Below, in pieces: positions 33,701-35,035 of a stretch of 35,035 nucleotides of DNA. A program made the position numbers and the translations under genes. Source of the stretch: Nanobdellati archaeon (lineage in GTDB: Archaea; B1Sed10-29; JAGVWA01). The stretch covers positions 1 to 35,035 of the forward strand of contig JAGVWA010000015.1 of assembly GCA_018304505.1 (NCBI GenBank). Direction: 5' to 3'. Position 1 is the first letter of the stretch, and each line of letters starts with the position of its first letter. Below the pieces are notes generated by a model, which was not told where the DNA came from, ran no database searches, and saw only the letters and a list, made by a program, of their open reading frames with translations.

Positions 33701-35035
33701 ACCCGAGAACTTCTTATATAGGAACAACAGCGCCATAACGCAGCTGTGGATGCACTCTGAAAACGCAGAAATAACAGGGTACTCGCAGATCGGAGAAAAT
33801 TGGGTTACACAGCGGATAGACACAATAACGCAAAGTGCGCACACATTTGGATCGCTTTTGTTTGCAGGGTCTATGGTAGCTGCACCCATCGGCGCGGTCA
33901 TGGCCGTAAAAGCTCCTGCAGCCATCATACTGACGTATTTGTTGTTTGAAGGCACGACAGCTGTCCCGGGTGGCGAAAAGATCACGGTAGGAAACGAGGA
34001 AATCGCTTCACGCAAAGGCCCAGTTACCGCGCTTGCGCTGCCCCTGTTTGACGAAGCCCTGGAAAACTGGGGTGCAGTGCCGATAGTGCCATCTACAAAG
34101 ATCATTGATTTATTCAGTAATTCATTAGCCCCTGAGGACAGAACGCCTGCAGAGCCGCCATTCTGCCAATCAATAGTTAGCGGCATAAAAAACGACGCTA
34201 GAAACCTCAGGATCTTAAAGTACATAACCGGCGCTGTCAGTATCGGGGCAAACATCGCAAACCCGCTCGCGGGAGTCGCGTTTGACATTGTCAATTTCTA
34301 TGTTGCACACAAGGCAGTACAGCAAGAGCAGGAAGCCCTCCTGGCCTTGGGTAGCTGCCAAGAAACAATATTCGAAGTGGGCGCACACCAGGTAGTTCCG
34401 CAGCCGCAGCAACTCACAGATGACTTCAATAGCATAATGAGCGAGGCCCTGGAAGCAGGCGACATCGACGCTGCACTAGCCGGACTCTTGCCAGAAGGCG
34501 GCACAAGCGTCGCCGAGGCAGCACAGTTTGCGCCGCAATTGCTGCACGCAGTAGCAGCCATGCAGCGACCTGAGCCTAACGAGGAGGGCAACACAATCAA
34601 CGTAAACCCGCCATCAATGTACAAAGTGCATTTCCAGGACGCAGACTTAAGATGGTTCAATGGCGGAGCCTGCAGCTTGCAATACTGCAGCGAGGATCCA
34701 AGAACCGGGGCCTATAAGTGCGCCAACAACCAGGGATACTTATTGTATACGATCGACCCGGAAACAGGCGACGTCATACCCGTTTTCGAGGGCCCGCAGT
34801 CACTGTTGCATGTGAACATCGACGAGGGTTACACAGGCATGGCGCAGAAAGTGCTGACAGTGAAAAAGAAACCTACGCTGGAGCCGGAAGACAAGGCCTT
34901 TGTGTCATTATACCTCGGCGATCCCCAGAAGCAGGCGGTGTACAGGCCAGGCTGTGTTGAGCAAACCGCGTTACAGGTCATCAGCGCACAAGGGCATTCG
35001 CAAGAAAGCTTTGCCAGAAACAAGATGTCTGATTC
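30708..35035 (+). CDS. Giant exported/membrane protein, at least 1442 aa, incomplete at the right edge (absent from the ORF track)
   Basis: Manual translation from ATG 30708 (MKLQKPAASFFMFLLLTSLFSPFSFS|TTQQ...) found no in-frame stop up to ...SFARNKMSD at the edge. It has a signal peptide, Cys clusters, an Ala-rich coiled coil and hydrophobic hairpins. Confidence 0.88.
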   Translation, partial: MKLQKPAASFFMFLLLTSLFSPFSFSTTQQYFQSAAVEVSDVVGQEPLYVDPQKFPFTSGQASCLDEAYIDILNRSEYEQVVDVMSRQIGEIDAFGDQRLGQVEQARERIGKSWSSSVDRAKDYFIMGAEGEQATIYDIQRDRATTPAEACQLDNIIINGKLSFAAQVGTTRFCSGQGCDGGTSGANLLPGLTQGSTLVDQLSKAIDKNDTATRDYSAFMTMVLTNPALASAVQRELDITEQQLGEFTPDQLKGVSPAAVKEIIRIFAVDSVSGTLVEVAKNTNPGNIIKSKQVQVSLTKGADADYFLIPDSLFSYITYLRKYAGVDRGYDIIMFMSMFAGGLNLAKGRAISKTEDLGQAAATVAKAKALSGKGFVERFRLLRKGGEGFEGVSKKAAFAEALTAPRAYRGKYAVDAAESRILGSRAAELPDKLKKFSGTLEDYNKGASRFTSEYSSLNKKIVDLENEARRAVQSGDTVTGQAKYAQAASTRTQVDGLVEGRIKEVEALNGEISEVQKVTSELKALSEADTAKGLVGKTKFNDAIVAQGDALSSTNKALSTDLNNLRIMRSNIGKTAGGDTVTQTVQAAKKAEATVIKNSAEAKAAADTLQAEAFRLDEVAKTASGAEDQARQALVSAEREVADKTREVNAAGDRVDLAEHTGAPSEVKEAAAAEFAQARKALEEANGAVSAAQKSADDAVDAARDASAKVANAKRAASEAVIGAKSQADKIAEASAKVREAEALLGQPMPPVPLTPPSAYSTVIESVSKSADDFEKVVLKPNFQDSVAMSKLATKIEGTGFLGKLARSGPYLRSLLYGQSAVTRLAAKLFFLGTRAEVFSMAALHTYNSNIREPYFTVDGLVLTVNKAMAKAVEDSKHPQDLKITNQVWTEIQGKDIKKSALATIAGISTESEGGLLSKFILTSQQVFGGERLPKEVGEKLERLGNLVMVYQDQQGVSGERNTNYIGESTQPDETGTRSGFNVLISSRLSGTSSFYEEPENFLYRNNSAITQLWMHSENAEITGYSQIGENWVTQRIDTITQSAHTFGSLLFAGSMVAAPIGAVMAVKAPAAIILTYLLFEGTTAVPGGEKITVGNEEIASRKGPVTALALPLFDEALENWGAVPIVPSTKIIDLFSNSLAPEDRTPAEPPFCQSIVSGIKNDARNLRILKYITGAVSIGANIANPLAGVAFDIVNFYVAHKAVQQEQEALLALGSCQETIFEVGAHQVVPQPQQLTDDFNSIMSEALEAGDIDAALAGLLPEGGTSVAEAAQFAPQLLHAVAAMQRPEPNEEGNTINVNPPSMYKVHFQDADLRWFNGGACSLQYCSEDPRTGAYKCANNQGYLLYTIDPETGDVIPVFEGPQSLLHVNIDEGYTGMAQKVLTVKKKPTLEPEDKAFVSLYLGDPQKQAVYRPGCVEQTALQVISAQGHSQESFARNKMSD

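Noticed and set aside
30924-35023. Many short ORFs listed on both strands in the last 4 kb
   Set aside because: All are shadows of the single uninterrupted plus-strand frame starting at 30708.
1-35035. tRNA, rRNA, integrase or transposase genes
   Set aside because: Intergenic gaps are short and none showed a cloverleaf or T-loop signature by eye; no recombinase or DDE motifs recognised. A covariance-model scan was not possible.

Overview
Window from an archaeal chromosome. The gene content, compact organisation, TATA-proximal start codons and many orphan membrane or coiled-coil genes suggest a DPANN-type archaeon (Micrarchaeota/Iainarchaeota-like); this taxonomy is inference. The left and centre carry mostly core genes: PCNA, Sec11 signal peptidase, RpoL, Csl4, SPFH, DUF373, LonB, RNase Z, a Nob1-like PIN nuclease, PheS/PheT, RFC large subunit and a YchF-family NTPase. 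Interspersed orphans include an M16 peptidase, a 574-aa protein with a C-terminal JAMM motif, and a divergent ATP-grasp enzyme with a large insertion. The right third holds a hicBA toxin-antitoxin pair bracketed by a duplicated promoter-like repeat, a Tad/type IV pilus ATPase plus two platform genes (one frameshifted by a 20-bp duplication), a PAC2 protein and several orphan membrane proteins. It ends in a giant secreted ORF of at least 1442 codons that is missing from the ORF track because it runs off the window edge. PCNA is broken by an internal deletion, and most of the missing segment reappears at the left edge fused to the end of the M16 gene (real rearrangement or assembly chimera). I recognised no tRNA, rRNA, CRISPR array, integrase or transposase.
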